Origin: a phage
Length of the DNA: 64,000 nucleotides
Reading direction: 5' to 3' (one strand)
Sequence record: PZ154895.1
Both the position numbers and the translations under genes were made by a program. The stretch's first letter is position 1. Each line of letters starts with the position of its first letter. A model generated the notes under the pieces. The model saw nothing but the letters and a program-made list of their open reading frames with translations, made no database searches and was not told the origin of the DNA. Below are positions 32,759 through 43,180 of this stretch, piece by piece.

Positions 32759-32786
32759 GCCCTTCCTTTTTGGTTGGGCCTTTTTT
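32759..32786 (+). terminator. rho-independent terminator
   Basis: ggccc...gggcc stem followed by tttttt. Confidence 0.6.
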
Positions 32787-32789
32787 AAT

Positions 32790-33032
32790 TTAAAAGCTTT
32801 CTTCTACTTCATCGTCTGAATCTTCTAATTCAGCTCTTTTTCCTGCCAAAGCATCTCTCACAGAGATGTCATCAGTATCTTTTAATTCAGTTTCTTTAAC
32901 TCTTTTCTTATAATAAGCTTCAAGTTCTTCTAGACCTTCTAATGTTTGGCAAGAGGCAATTTTACCCATAAATTCATCAATAGAAGCTTCATAAAGAAAT
33001 TGTTTAAATTCTAGTAACATCTTTTTCTCCAA
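32790..33032 (-). CDS. uvsW.1: UvsW-associated small acidic protein
   Basis: 80 aa ORF immediately downstream of uvsW on the same strand. Confidence 0.6.
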   Translation of the reverse strand: MEKKMLLEFKQFLYEASIDEFMGKIASCQTLEGLEELEAYYKKRVKETELKDTDDISVRDALAGKRAELEDSDDEVEESF

Positions 33033-33045
33033 AGGGCCGAAGCCC

Positions 33046-34554
33046 TTATAAATTAACTGTTTTCATTACGTAATTAAATTTTTCATCTGCGTAGCGTTGA
33101 ATACGATCAATGCCGTGTTTTAAAAGATAGTTCAAATGAACGTATTTCTTTTTCGTATTAGCAGATTTTGGCTTAACACCGCAATCATCTATGAGGTCCC
33201 AGACCGTTGCGATTGTTTTAGAACCATGCTTACGTAATACGCGACCTATTGTTTGCAATACAATAATTTTAGATTTAACACCGTGCGCTAAAACAACGTG
33301 ATGCAGATTTTTAACTGAAATACCAGTAGAAAATACACCATAACTAGCTACTATAATTATTCCTTTACCGTTTTCAGCTAAGGTTTTCATTATATTGCGG
33401 GTTTCAGTATCAACTTCCCCTGATACGTAATAAACTTTATCGTATTCATTTTTAATTAAATCGAAAATAGCTTTACCGTGCGATACGTGTTTAAACATGA
33501 CAAAAGCGTTTTCATCTTTTTGTGCAAGTTTAATAGCTAATTTAGCGATCCATTTATTTCTTTTACTGAGCCCAGTAATAATTTTTATTTCTTCTTGGTA
33601 AGTTTTTCCCTTTAATTTAGTAGTGAACTCATCAGGATAGCGAAGAAAAATACTATTAATTTTTAACTCAGTTACTTGTCCATCTTCCATTAATTTAGAA
33701 GTCGTTACTGGCTTAAATATTTCACCAAACATTCCAACATACTGCATGATATTGGCTTTGCCATCACGTAATGAACCGGACAAACCGAATTTGAACATGC
33801 AGTTATTTAAACCTGATATGATAGATGAAATACTTTTTCCTGTAGCAAGATGGCATTCATCATTCATCATCATTCCAAACTGTGAGAACCATTCTTTTGG
33901 TTGTTTTACTACAGTTTGCCATGTACCAACAACGACTGGCGCATCATTTTTATATTTATCATCTTTTGATGCTCCACCGCCAATTTTCTTTATCATTGCA
34001 TGACTGAATAAACGATAGTCAACAAAGTCATCAGCCATCTGAGTTGTCAGAGCAGTTGTTGGAACAATGATAAGAATTTTACCTTCATAATTTTCCAAAT
34101 AATATCGAGCAAGCAAAGCTTGAATTAAAGATTTACCTGCGGATGTTGGAAGATTAAGAATTCTACGACGATTAACTAATCCTTCGAACACTGCATCTTT
34201 TTGATACCAGTGCGGTTCAATTCTTTTATTTCCTGAATAGATTTCTAATTTAGAAAGCCATTCATCAAAATCTTTTCTTGATAATTCTTCTTTTTCGTTA
34301 ATCTGTGGGTCAATCCAGGCTTTATAGCCAAAGTTATCACAGAACTTTTTAATTTGCCCGACTAAGCCGAATGGAAGAAGGCGATTATAATCTAAAAGAC
34401 GGATTCGTCCATCCCAGTTGCCATATCTGAAGCGAGGATTAAACCTATATCCATCGGCCTCAAACGAAAAGAAATCTCTTAATTCGTGGAACGTGCTCTC
34501 TTCACAATCGATGCGTACATGACTGAAGTCGTGAAAATGTACTTTAATATCCAT
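33046..34554 (-). CDS. uvsW: DNA helicase UvsW (SF2)
   Basis: 502 aa; Walker A TSAGKS, DECH box; recognised as T4 UvsW. Confidence 0.9.
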   Translation of the reverse strand: MDIKVHFHDFSHVRIDCEESTFHELRDFFSFEADGYRFNPRFRYGNWDGRIRLLDYNRLLPFGLVGQIKKFCDNFGYKAWIDPQINEKEELSRKDFDEWLSKLEIYSGNKRIEPHWYQKDAVFEGLVNRRRILNLPTSAGKSLIQALLARYYLENYEGKILIIVPTTALTTQMADDFVDYRLFSHAMIKKIGGGASKDDKYKNDAPVVVGTWQTVVKQPKEWFSQFGMMMNDECHLATGKSISSIISGLNNCMFKFGLSGSLRDGKANIMQYVGMFGEIFKPVTTSKLMEDGQVTELKINSIFLRYPDEFTTKLKGKTYQEEIKIITGLSKRNKWIAKLAIKLAQKDENAFVMFKHVSHGKAIFDLIKNEYDKVYYVSGEVDTETRNIMKTLAENGKGIIIVASYGVFSTGISVKNLHHVVLAHGVKSKIIVLQTIGRVLRKHGSKTIATVWDLIDDCGVKPKSANTKKKYVHLNYLLKHGIDRIQRYADEKFNYVMKTVNL

Positions 34555-34556
34555 AA

Positions 34557-35174
34557 TTATGCCTTACTAAATTTGCCTTTAGAGTCTCTTTTCATGAGAC
34601 GACCTTTAATAAATCCGTCGGGAATAATACCGTCTGGTTGTATTAATTTATTTATTGCTCCATTATTGACCCAAAAAGTTCCTGTGGTAGTCGGTTTGAC
34701 TTTACATCCTTTTCTGGACTTTCTATTAAAATGAACCATCCCTTTTACAAATCCTTCTGGAACAAGTTCTCCAGGTTTAATAAAAATATTTTTAGTTCCA
34801 TTAGTGTAACAAGTTGTACCTAATACCGTGCCCGGTGAGTTTTCAAATCTCTTAGCGGAAGATTCTTTCATCTTTGCTATAACCTCTGCAGTCATAACAA
34901 TTCCACCAATTCCACCAGGTTTCATATTATAATAATTTTTGCTTTTTATTAGTTCAGGAGTTATAATTTCTTCTTCATACATGTACGCTTCTTCGGAAGT
35001 TTTAAACTCTTTTAGTATTGTTCTAGAGAAATTCTTTTCACCATATTTCTTTATAGCCTGCTGAATTGCCTTACCGGAACCAAGGTAGCCATCATTCAAG
35101 TCATCAGTAGAGTGTTTTCCTATATACTTTTTACCATTTATTAGATTTGTCGTTTCATATACAAAGTGATACAT
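34557..35174 (-). CDS. segE: GIY-YIG homing endonuclease
   Basis: 205 aa; HFVYETTNLINGKKYIGKH GIY-YIG motif; position between uvsW and inh as T4 segE. Confidence 0.8.
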   Translation of the reverse strand: MYHFVYETTNLINGKKYIGKHSTDDLNDGYLGSGKAIQQAIKKYGEKNFSRTILKEFKTSEEAYMYEEEIITPELIKSKNYYNMKPGGIGGIVMTAEVIAKMKESSAKRFENSPGTVLGTTCYTNGTKNIFIKPGELVPEGFVKGMVHFNRKSRKGCKVKPTTTGTFWVNNGAINKLIQPDGIIPDGFIKGRLMKRDSKGKFSKA

Positions 35175-35223
35175 ACTATTTTCCGAGTAATAAATATATC
35201 TATATTTATACTGAGGAAATATT

Positions 35224-35904
35224 ATGATAGATAAAGATTATATTGCAGAGCTGAAGGCTCTTGATGATAATAAAGAAGCTAAGGCTAAATTAGCTGAATA
35301 TGCTGAACAGTTTGGTATAAAGGTCAAAAAGAATAAATCTTTTGATAATATCGTTAATGATATTGAAGAAGCCCTCCAGAAGCTCGCTAGTGAACCTATG
35401 CCAGAGACTGATGGGTTATCTATTAAAGACTTAATCAATGCTGCTGATGCTGCAGAGGGATTAAAATATGACGATGAAGAAGTCAATCCAGAGGCAGCAC
35501 TTCTGATTGATTCTCCGGTTAAATCTGATATTAAAATTGAAGTAGTCGAAACGGATAAAATTCCTGAAAATACCGATGTTTTGATTGAAGATACTCCTTT
35601 TGTTGAAGAAAAATTCGAACAGGCTGTAGCTGAGATTATTGAATCTGAAAAGCCGTCTGTATTTACTCTTCCGGAAAACTTTAGTCCGAATCTTCAGTTG
35701 ATTGGAAAAAATCCAGGATTCTGCACTGTTCCTTGGTGGATTTACCAGTGGATTGCTGAAACTCCGGATTGGAAATCTCACCCAACTAGTTTTGAACACG
35801 CGTCGGCACACCAAACTTTATTTAGCTTAATTTACTACATTAATCGTGACGGATCAGTTCTAATTCGTGAAACACGCAATTCTTCTTTCGTAACATTAAA
35901 ATAA
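35224..35904 (+). CDS. inh: inhibitor of prohead protease
   Basis: 226 aa; acidic protein upstream of hoc; T4 synteny. Confidence 0.8.
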   Translation: MIDKDYIAELKALDDNKEAKAKLAEYAEQFGIKVKKNKSFDNIVNDIEEALQKLASEPMPETDGLSIKDLINAADAAEGLKYDDEEVNPEAALLIDSPVKSDIKIEVVETDKIPENTDVLIEDTPFVEEKFEQAVAEIIESEKPSVFTLPENFSPNLQLIGKNPGFCTVPWWIYQWIAETPDWKSHPTSFEHASAHQTLFSLIYYINRDGSVLIRETRNSSFVTLK

Positions 35905-35913
35905 GGATAACTT

Positions 35914-37044
35914 ATGGCTTTTACAGTTGATATAACTCCTAAAACACCTACTGGAGTTATAGATCAGACTCAGCAGTTTACTGCTACACCCAGTGGTCAA
36001 ACTGGAGATGGACCTATTACATATGCTTGGACTGTAGACGATGTTCCACAGGATGGAGCTGAAGCAACTTTTAGTTATGTACTAAAAGGACCTGCCGGTC
36101 AAAAGACTATTAAAGTAGTTGCAACAAACACAGTTCCAGATACTGATGCTGAAACAGCAGAAGCTACTACAACTATCACAGTTCAAAATAAGACACAGAC
36201 AACTACCTTAGCTGTAACTCCTGATAGTCCTGCTGCTGGAGTGATTGGAACTCCTGTTGAATTTACTGCTGCTTTAGCTTCTCAACCATCAGGCGCATCT
36301 GCTACGTATCAATGGTATGTTGATGACTCTCAGGCTAGTGGGGAAACTAACTCTACATTTAGCTATACTCCAACTACAAGTGGAGTAAAAAGAATTAAAT
36401 GCGTAGCTCAAGTAACAGCGACAGATTACGATACAAAAGAAGTTACTTCTAATGAAGTATCACTGACTGTTAATAAGAAGACAATGAATCCACAGGTTAC
36501 ATTGACTCCTCCTTCTATTAACGTTCAGCAATATGCTTCGGCTACATTTACTGCTAATGTCACTGATGCCCCGGAAGAAGCGCAAATTACATATTCATGG
36601 AAGAAAGATTCTTCTCCTGTAGAAGGGTCAACTAATGTATACACCGTTGATACATCATCTATTGGAAGTCAAACTATTGAAGTTACTGCAACTGTTACCG
36701 CTACTGATTATGATAGCAAAACTATCACAGCAGAAGGTCAAGTTCAGGTAACTGATAAAGTTGCTCCAGAACCAGAAGGTGAATTACCTTATGTTCATCC
36801 TCTTCCACATCGCACTTCAGCTTATATCTGGTGTGGTTGGTGGGTTATGGATGAAATCCAAAAAATGACCGAAGAAGGTAAAGATTGGAAAACTGAAGAA
36901 CCAGATAGTAAATACTACTTACATCGTTACACTCTTCAGAAGATGATGAAAGACTATCCAGAAGTTGATGTTCAAGAATCGCGTAATGGATACATCATTC
37001 ATAAAACTGCTTTAGAAACTGGTATCATCTATACCTATCCATAA
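35914..37044 (+). CDS. hoc: highly immunogenic outer capsid protein Hoc
   Basis: 376 aa; repeated Ig-like segments (ITYAWTVDD, ATYQWYVDD, ITYSWKKD); recognised. Confidence 0.9.
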   Translation: MAFTVDITPKTPTGVIDQTQQFTATPSGQTGDGPITYAWTVDDVPQDGAEATFSYVLKGPAGQKTIKVVATNTVPDTDAETAEATTTITVQNKTQTTTLAVTPDSPAAGVIGTPVEFTAALASQPSGASATYQWYVDDSQASGETNSTFSYTPTTSGVKRIKCVAQVTATDYDTKEVTSNEVSLTVNKKTMNPQVTLTPPSINVQQYASATFTANVTDAPEEAQITYSWKKDSSPVEGSTNVYTVDTSSIGSQTIEVTATVTATDYDSKTITAEGQVQVTDKVAPEPEGELPYVHPLPHRTSAYIWCGWWVMDEIQKMTEEGKDWKTEEPDSKYYLHRYTLQKMMKDYPEVDVQESRNGYIIHKTALETGIIYTYP

Positions 37045-37048
37045 TCTC

Positions 37049-37075
37049 AGGGGCTTCGGCCCCTTTCTTCATTTT
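37049..37075 (+). terminator. rho-independent terminator after hoc
   Basis: ggggcttcggcccc then tttcttcatttt. Confidence 0.75.
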
Positions 37076-37132
37076 GAAAGCACACAAAACATAGTCAGAA
37101 AACGATGTATATAATGGCACCAACTCGATAAC

Positions 37133-37348
37133 ATGAGATTGATTATGAGAACTGAGGTTGTGGTGTTTACACTCCATGAGTCTGGAAAGTCATTCATTGA
37201 AATTGCTCGTGAATTGAACTTACAGGCGAAAGAAGTGGCTGTATTATGGGCTCGAGCTATGACTGCTAAGAATAAATTTGAGACTCGAGAAAAAGTTGTC
37301 TATAGAAAAAGACATATTAATAAGAAGGTGAAAAATGGAACAGTATGA
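37133..37348 (+). CDS. hypothetical small protein (71 aa)
   Basis: ORF between hoc and rnlB. Confidence 0.45.
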   Translation: MRLIMRTEVVVFTLHESGKSFIEIARELNLQAKEVAVLWARAMTAKNKFETREKVVYRKRHINKKVKNGTV

Positions 37349-37613
37349 TCTTTATGAAAATGAATCTTTTGCTAATCAATTACGCGAAAAAGCACTTAAA
37401 AGTAAACAGTTTAAGCTAGAGTGTTTTATTAAAGATTTTTCGGAACTTGCTAATAAAGCAGCTGAACAAGGTAAAACATATTTTAGTTATTATTGTACTG
37501 CTCGCGATAAATTGATTACTGAAGAAATTGGTGATTGGCTGAGAAAAGAAGGATTTAGCTTTAAAGTCAATAGTGATCAGCGTGATGGTGATTGGTTAGA
37601 AATTACATTTTGA
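37335..37613 (+). CDS. hypothetical small protein (92 aa)
   Basis: ORF between hoc and rnlB. Confidence 0.45.
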   Translation: MEQYDLYENESFANQLREKALKSKQFKLECFIKDFSELANKAAEQGKTYFSYYCTARDKLITEEIGDWLRKEGFSFKVNSDQRDGDWLEITF

Positions 37614-37622
37614 GGATTAATT

Positions 37623-38627
37623 ATGTTTAAAAAGTATAGCAGTCTTGAAAATCATTACAATTCTAAATTCATTGAAAAACTTTACAGTTTAGGATTGACT
37701 GGCGGCGAATGGGTAGCTCGTGAAAAGATTCATGGCACAAATTTCTCATTGATTATTGAGCGTGATAAAGTAACTTGTGCTAAACGAACTGGTCCTATTC
37801 TTCCTGCTGAAGATTTCTTTGGGTATGAAATTATTTTGAAGAATTATGCTGATTCCATTAAAGCAGTACAAGATATTATGGAAACTTCAGCGGTTGTATC
37901 TTATCAAGTTTTTGGCGAATTCGCTGGACCTGGCATTCAGAAGAATGTCGATTATGGTGATAAAGATTTTTATGTATTTGACATTATTGTTACTACCGAA
38001 AGTGGTGATGTAACTTATGTCGATGATTATATGATGGAATCATTCTGTAATACATTCAAATTTAAAATGGCTCCACTTTTGGGTCGTGGTAAATTTGAAG
38101 AGCTGATTAAATTGCCAAATGATTTAGATTCTGTCGTCCAGGATTATAATTTTACGGTAGACCATGCTGGATTAGTTGATGCAAATAAATGCGTTTGGAA
38201 TGCTGAAGCAAAAGGCGAAGTATTTACCGCTGAAGGATATGTATTGAAACCTTGTTATCCTTCTTGGCTGCCTAATCGCAATCGTGTAGCCATCAAATGC
38301 AAGAACTCTAAATTTAGTGAAAAGAAAAAGTCTGATAAGCCTATTAAAGCTAAAGTTGAGTTGTCAGAAGCTGATAATAAATTGCTGGGAATTTTAGCTT
38401 GTTACGTTACACTGAACCGAGTAAATAACGTTATTTCTAAAATTGGTGAAATTGGTCCAAAAGATTTTGGAAAGGTGATGGGACTAACGGTTCAAGATAT
38501 TTTGGAAGAAACTTCTCGCGAAGGTATTACTCTAACTCAAGCAGATAATCCTTCTTTGATTAAAAAGGAATTAGTTAAAATGGTACAAGATGTACTTCGT
38601 CCGGCTTGGATTGAATTGGTAAGTTAA
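37623..38627 (+). CDS. rnlB: RNA ligase 2
   Basis: 334 aa; nucleotidyltransferase lysine motif KIHGTN; recognised as T4 Rnl2. Confidence 0.9.
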   Translation: MFKKYSSLENHYNSKFIEKLYSLGLTGGEWVAREKIHGTNFSLIIERDKVTCAKRTGPILPAEDFFGYEIILKNYADSIKAVQDIMETSAVVSYQVFGEFAGPGIQKNVDYGDKDFYVFDIIVTTESGDVTYVDDYMMESFCNTFKFKMAPLLGRGKFEELIKLPNDLDSVVQDYNFTVDHAGLVDANKCVWNAEAKGEVFTAEGYVLKPCYPSWLPNRNRVAIKCKNSKFSEKKKSDKPIKAKVELSEADNKLLGILACYVTLNRVNNVISKIGEIGPKDFGKVMGLTVQDILEETSREGITLTQADNPSLIKKELVKMVQDVLRPAWIELVS

Positions 38628-38634
38628 ATAAAAA

Positions 38635-38658
38635 GGGACCTTTTGGTCCCTTTGTTTT
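38635..38658. terminator. bidirectional terminator between rnlB and gene 24
   Basis: gggaccttttggtccc flanked by A-run and T-run. Confidence 0.7.
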
Positions 38659-39940
38659 ATTCATCAACGATAATTTTTGGTAATTTAACACCTAATAAAA
38701 CAGACAAATCTGAACGACCCGCCATTTTATCCATGTCTCCACCATCAATTATTCTTGCTTCTTTTTCATCTTTTGCTACAGTGTAAGGATTTGCAGATAA
38801 AGCATATCTAACCAATAAACCGATAGATGGTTGTAAGCTTTCTGGATCAACTACAACTTTAAATGCACCTACATGTTCAGGGTCATCTAAGTCAAGACCT
38901 TCTGTATACGGAGCATAGAAAATTGATCCGACAATTTCTTTTTCACCAATATTTTCTACTACGCCAACGATTACATAATCTAATGGGCTGTTAGTATCGC
39001 AATAAAGCGGTAAACCATTAGCTAAGAACCCATAGGCATTTTGTGAAAGATATTTATCATCTTCTGGTTTATGTTTTAACCAACCTGATGCAGCAAGAAT
39101 CGCAGCGGCACGAGCTGAAGCAACACAGAACGTTGCTGTATAAGTTGATTCTTTTTGGATATGTGAAACCATTTCACATACCATTCGGTATAATGAACGA
39201 CCAGCTTCAGGTGCAGATGCATAACTCAAATCAATGAATCCAGTATCAGTAATTCCTGTAACTTTATAGCGTTTTGATACTGTAATCAAAGATTGCAGAA
39301 TATCTTTATTGATTTCATCCGCCATTTCAGTTGCAAGCAAATCTTCCAAGAAATTAGGAGCATCGAATCCATTTGCTTCTAAATCTTGTGCTAATTCAAC
39401 TGTAATGCCAGTTTTAAGTTTACGAGATTTAACTGCGGTTTGCCATTTATTAATCTGGAATCTAGCATCAGCAATTTCGCTATCAGAGCTTTCAAATTTG
39501 CTCGTTGACGCTGCATCAGAAAATAGACGAACCTTTAAAAGAACAATTGCAATCTGAAGAGCTAATTCTAAATCGCTTTCTTCAATGGTAGCAAATGGTG
39601 TATCTTCTAATACTTTATAAACGATATTATTATATTTGAATAAATCGCCTTTATTGAGAGTTAATTTAGACTCTTCTGTTAATTCTGTGATTTGTTCTCG
39701 GTCTACATACCCAGCTTCGCCAGCGTAAGTAGCACCAGTTTTAAACGTAAATTCGTTATCTGGGTTAAGGTATTTGATACCATAAAAAGCAGCAACAGGT
39801 TGATTAGTTCTTTGCGTTGCTACAATGTCAGAATATATTAATTTAGTGGTAGCGCGAGTCAAAGCAACGAGATTTGGGCGACCGATTGAGTTGCTATTCG
39901 TTGTGGTTGATTCGCGCAGAAGTTCGTTGATTTTAGCCAT
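38657..39940 (-). CDS. 24: head vertex protein
   Basis: 427 aa; synteny and length. Confidence 0.9.
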   Translation of the reverse strand: MAKINELLRESTTTNSNSIGRPNLVALTRATTKLIYSDIVATQRTNQPVAAFYGIKYLNPDNEFTFKTGATYAGEAGYVDREQITELTEESKLTLNKGDLFKYNNIVYKVLEDTPFATIEESDLELALQIAIVLLKVRLFSDAASTSKFESSDSEIADARFQINKWQTAVKSRKLKTGITVELAQDLEANGFDAPNFLEDLLATEMADEINKDILQSLITVSKRYKVTGITDTGFIDLSYASAPEAGRSLYRMVCEMVSHIQKESTYTATFCVASARAAAILAASGWLKHKPEDDKYLSQNAYGFLANGLPLYCDTNSPLDYVIVGVVENIGEKEIVGSIFYAPYTEGLDLDDPEHVGAFKVVVDPESLQPSIGLLVRYALSANPYTVAKDEKEARIIDGGDMDKMAGRSDLSVLLGVKLPKIIVDE

Positions 39941-39967
39941 TGTATTTTCCTTGTTGAAATATAATAC

Positions 39968-39975
39968 TATTTATA
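39968..39975 (-). promoter_or_regulatory. late promoter TATAAATA for gene 24
   Basis: + strand tatttata = - strand tataaata just upstream of gene 24 start. Confidence 0.6.
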
Positions 39976-40039
39976 AAGTTATTTACAAGACCAAAGTAAT
40001 ATGATATTATATTCATATACAAATGGAGTGGTGGTTAAA

Positions 40040-40702
40040 ATGAAATATTTAATATATCAAATTACTAATATCATCAATGGAAAAATTTACATCGGAGCTC
40101 ATGCTACTCTTGACGAAAACGATGGTTATATGGGTTCTGGCGTAAACATCAAAAAATCCATCAAAAAATATGGTATTCATAACTTTAAAAAAGAAATTCT
40201 TTATTCTTTCTCCTCATCTGAGGAGATGTATAAAATGGAAGCTTTACTAGTCAATGAGGAATTCGTTATGAGAACTGATACTTATAATGCTGCTATTGGT
40301 GGTAGAGGAAATCCAGTTATAGTTCATTTGCAAGATCCTTCATATCGTAATATGTTATCAATGCGAACAAAAGAAGGAATGACTGTGGAAGCTAAACGAA
40401 AAATATCAAAGGCAAAAACAGGCGTTAAGCAATCTGATGAAACTATCGCGAAGCGAGTTAAAGGGCGCAATGAATATTATAAAACACATGTTCATCCACG
40501 AAAAAATAAACCTATATCGATTTCACATCGTAAAGCTATTTCTGAAAAACTTAGCGGTATTAAAAAATTTATTCCAATATGTATAAAGGGTGTCAAATTT
40601 GATAATCCTGATTACGCAGCGGAGCATTTTAAAGTTAGTCCTAAAACTATTCGCAATTGGATAAATGCGGATGATATGCCTGATTGCTATCGTATAAAAT
40701 AG
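40040..40702 (+). CDS. segD: GIY-YIG homing endonuclease
   Basis: about 220 aa from MKYLIYQITNIINGKIYIGAH; GIY-YIG motif; position between 24 and 23 as T4 segD. Confidence 0.8.
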   Translation: MKYLIYQITNIINGKIYIGAHATLDENDGYMGSGVNIKKSIKKYGIHNFKKEILYSFSSSEEMYKMEALLVNEEFVMRTDTYNAAIGGRGNPVIVHLQDPSYRNMLSMRTKEGMTVEAKRKISKAKTGVKQSDETIAKRVKGRNEYYKTHVHPRKNKPISISHRKAISEKLSGIKKFIPICIKGVKFDNPDYAAEHFKVSPKTIRNWINADDMPDCYRIK

Positions 40703-40707
40703 AAAAA

Positions 40708-40730
40708 GGGAACCCGAAGGTTCCCTAAAA
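40708..40730. terminator. bidirectional terminator (downstream of gene 23 on - strand, of segD on + strand)
   Basis: gggaacccgaaggttccc flanked by A-run and T-rich sequence. Confidence 0.7.
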
Positions 40731-40751
40731 TTGTGTTTCTATCGTTAGAGA

Positions 40752-42317
40752 TTAGATACCTTTAACATATACACGTCTAAAGTAAGCGTTTTTACCAAGG
40801 CTATTCAGAATAGAAGGCATACCGCTCTGGATGCGAGAAGCCGGAGCCTGAGCAGCGGATTCTGCAAATGGGTTGATACCGATACCGTAACGAGTTTTGA
40901 ATCCCATTACTGGTTGGAAGTTCTTCGGATCGGAACCACGCAGCGGAGTCAGAGCTACATATGGAGCATAGTAAATACCAGCATCCATTTCGTTCGGACC
41001 TTTATAACCTACAGTGAAATAATCCTGTTTAGCATACTGGTCGATATATACACGGTATTTACCACCCAGAACACCAGCAAATACTGACTTGGTAGTATCA
41101 GTGTTGAAGCCGGTAGCCAGACCCTGTGCAGCATAAGAAATGCCAGTATCAACTGAAGCCAGAACGTTAACTACGTTACGGGAAGCGATAATGAAGTTAC
41201 CTTCACCACGACCGGTCTGACGAGCAATTTCAACTGCTTCTTTGTCAATCTGGAACAACAGAGCTTTAAAGGATTCACCCGCCCAGCGAGCACCACGAAT
41301 ATCAATCGGATCCTGGAAGTCAAATACACCAGCTTTAGAACCTGGAGTCAGGGTCATACCAGATTTACCAACCTGAGCTGAGTAGTTAATCCAATCAACA
41401 ACTTCGCGGTTGATTTCCAACATGATTTCGGTAGCCAGAATACCAGACAGTTCAGCATCAGCATCCATACCGTGAACAGCGCGGAGGTCTTGTGCTAATT
41501 CGATAGAGTAAGCAGCTTTCAGCTGACGAGATTTAGCTTCGATAACTTGTTTATCGATACGGAAGCCCATTTCATTCCACGGGTTATCGGTAGAACCATT
41601 GAAACCTTCCTGGAGTTCAGCGATAGAAGTAGCCATACCTTCAGCGATTTCTACCAGTGCACCAGCTTCCATTTGTTTCTTAATTTCAGCATCTAATTTA
41701 GCTGCGTCAGATGCACTAGCATCGATTGTTACTTGAACAGAAGCCTGCAGATACACAGTACCAGTGTCCTGGAAGAAGTGAGTATAGATATCACCTACTG
41801 TGGTTTGTGTGCTAGCAGCCAGAGCTGTGAATTTCTTAGCAGCACCCTGACCAGAGAACATTGCATCCGGGCCATACATTGGGTGGAATGCTTCTTTAGC
41901 GCCGGCAGCAATTGGGTCTTTACCGTATACAGCACGCAGTGCGAATACCTGACCGGTCGGGCTATTCATCGGCTGAACACCGCAAATATCGAAAGCAATC
42001 AGGTTAGGAATAGCACGACGTACCATACCCATAACAGCTGGGCCAATCTGAGTTACTGCGCCAGAAGTCTGACCTGCAGCGATGTTAGTAGCATTGTAAC
42101 CGTGGTCACCACCGATTTCAGCTTCTGTTAAGAAAGAACCGAACGCCTGAGCGATTTTTTCGTCTTTGTACTCTGGAGCTGTCTGGAAATCTTTTTCCTG
42201 GTTTTCAAAGATTTTAGCGATAATCGCTTGTTTGCTATTAGCAATTTCCGGTAAACCTTCACCTTCCAGTAATGGCTTCCATTTGTTCAAAAGTTCAGCT
42301 TTAGTTTTGATAGTCAT
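40752..42317 (-). CDS. 23: major capsid protein
   Basis: 521 aa; synteny and length. Confidence 0.93.
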   Translation of the reverse strand: MTIKTKAELLNKWKPLLEGEGLPEIANSKQAIIAKIFENQEKDFQTAPEYKDEKIAQAFGSFLTEAEIGGDHGYNATNIAAGQTSGAVTQIGPAVMGMVRRAIPNLIAFDICGVQPMNSPTGQVFALRAVYGKDPIAAGAKEAFHPMYGPDAMFSGQGAAKKFTALAASTQTTVGDIYTHFFQDTGTVYLQASVQVTIDASASDAAKLDAEIKKQMEAGALVEIAEGMATSIAELQEGFNGSTDNPWNEMGFRIDKQVIEAKSRQLKAAYSIELAQDLRAVHGMDADAELSGILATEIMLEINREVVDWINYSAQVGKSGMTLTPGSKAGVFDFQDPIDIRGARWAGESFKALLFQIDKEAVEIARQTGRGEGNFIIASRNVVNVLASVDTGISYAAQGLATGFNTDTTKSVFAGVLGGKYRVYIDQYAKQDYFTVGYKGPNEMDAGIYYAPYVALTPLRGSDPKNFQPVMGFKTRYGIGINPFAESAAQAPASRIQSGMPSILNSLGKNAYFRRVYVKGI

Positions 42318-42335
42318 TTGTGTTAACCTTTAAAA

Positions 42336-43145
42336 TTAGAAACGAGATGCGACTTTCGCATATACACTTACAATATCTTCTGCACCAGGTGCAGCTTTAT
42401 CTTCTACAGCTTCAGTGACGAAATTTAGTCCGGCTGCTTCAGTATCAGGAGTATTTATACCCTCAGTAATAGTGCTTTCATCTTTATTAGACTTCTTCAC
42501 CATTTCTACGATGGCACTCAATTTATTTGAGAATTCATCTGAATAATCCATACCTTCGACCAGAGCAGAGACTTTTTCTTTTTGAGACTCAGTCAGATCT
42601 TTAGTACTTTCGCTCAATGCCACTTCACGCTGCACATAATTGATATATGCGTCGCGCATATTGAGTTCTTCGAACAGACGAGCTGATTCTTCTTTATGTT
42701 CTTGCAGCTCTTCTTCCATTTCAGCCACAACATCAACTGATTCTTCTGGAACAACAACGTTGTGTTCAACAAAGAGCTCTTTTAATCCACCAAGCATGGA
42801 TTCAAACAGTTCGGCTTTGATGCCTTTATCAACTGCTAATTTATTTTCAGCGAGCCATTCTTTCGCAAGATGGTCGATGAATTTAGAAGCTTGCTCAGCG
42901 ATTTTCTTCTCAGCTTTTTCTTCGGCTTCTTCTTTATTTTTTTCTACTTCTTCTTCTGCTTTTTCAGCAATTTTAGCGATATGAGATTCAGCTAATTTAA
43001 CGGCGTGCTGCTTGACGGTAGCTTCGAATACAGTGCCGAAAGTTTCTTTTGCTTCCGGAGAAATATTAACTGATTCGAAAATACTATCAAGAGCAACGGA
43101 AGCATCAATTTTTTGCGCTTCAGCAATCAGTTGTTCTTTAAGCAT
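42336..43145 (-). CDS. 22: prohead core scaffold protein
   Basis: 269 aa; highly charged coiled-coil-like. Confidence 0.9.
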   Translation of the reverse strand: MLKEQLIAEAQKIDASVALDSIFESVNISPEAKETFGTVFEATVKQHAVKLAESHIAKIAEKAEEEVEKNKEEAEEKAEKKIAEQASKFIDHLAKEWLAENKLAVDKGIKAELFESMLGGLKELFVEHNVVVPEESVDVVAEMEEELQEHKEESARLFEELNMRDAYINYVQREVALSESTKDLTESQKEKVSALVEGMDYSDEFSNKLSAIVEMVKKSNKDESTITEGINTPDTEAAGLNFVTEAVEDKAAPGAEDIVSVYAKVASRF

Positions 43146-43172
43146 TTTGTAGTCCTGTTGTTTAGATAATAA

Positions 43173-43180
43173 TATTTATA
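43173..43180 (-). promoter_or_regulatory. late promoter TATAAATA for gene 22
   Basis: + strand tatttata. Confidence 0.6.

Noticed and set aside
35914-37044. Internal repeats in hoc as a possible novel repeat protein
   Set aside because: These are the known tandem Ig-like domains of the Hoc capsid decoration protein.
41733-42984. + strand ORFs opposite the major capsid and scaffold genes (41733-42131, 42640-42984)
   Set aside because: Embedded antisense to highly conserved structural genes; low-complexity translations; no RBS.
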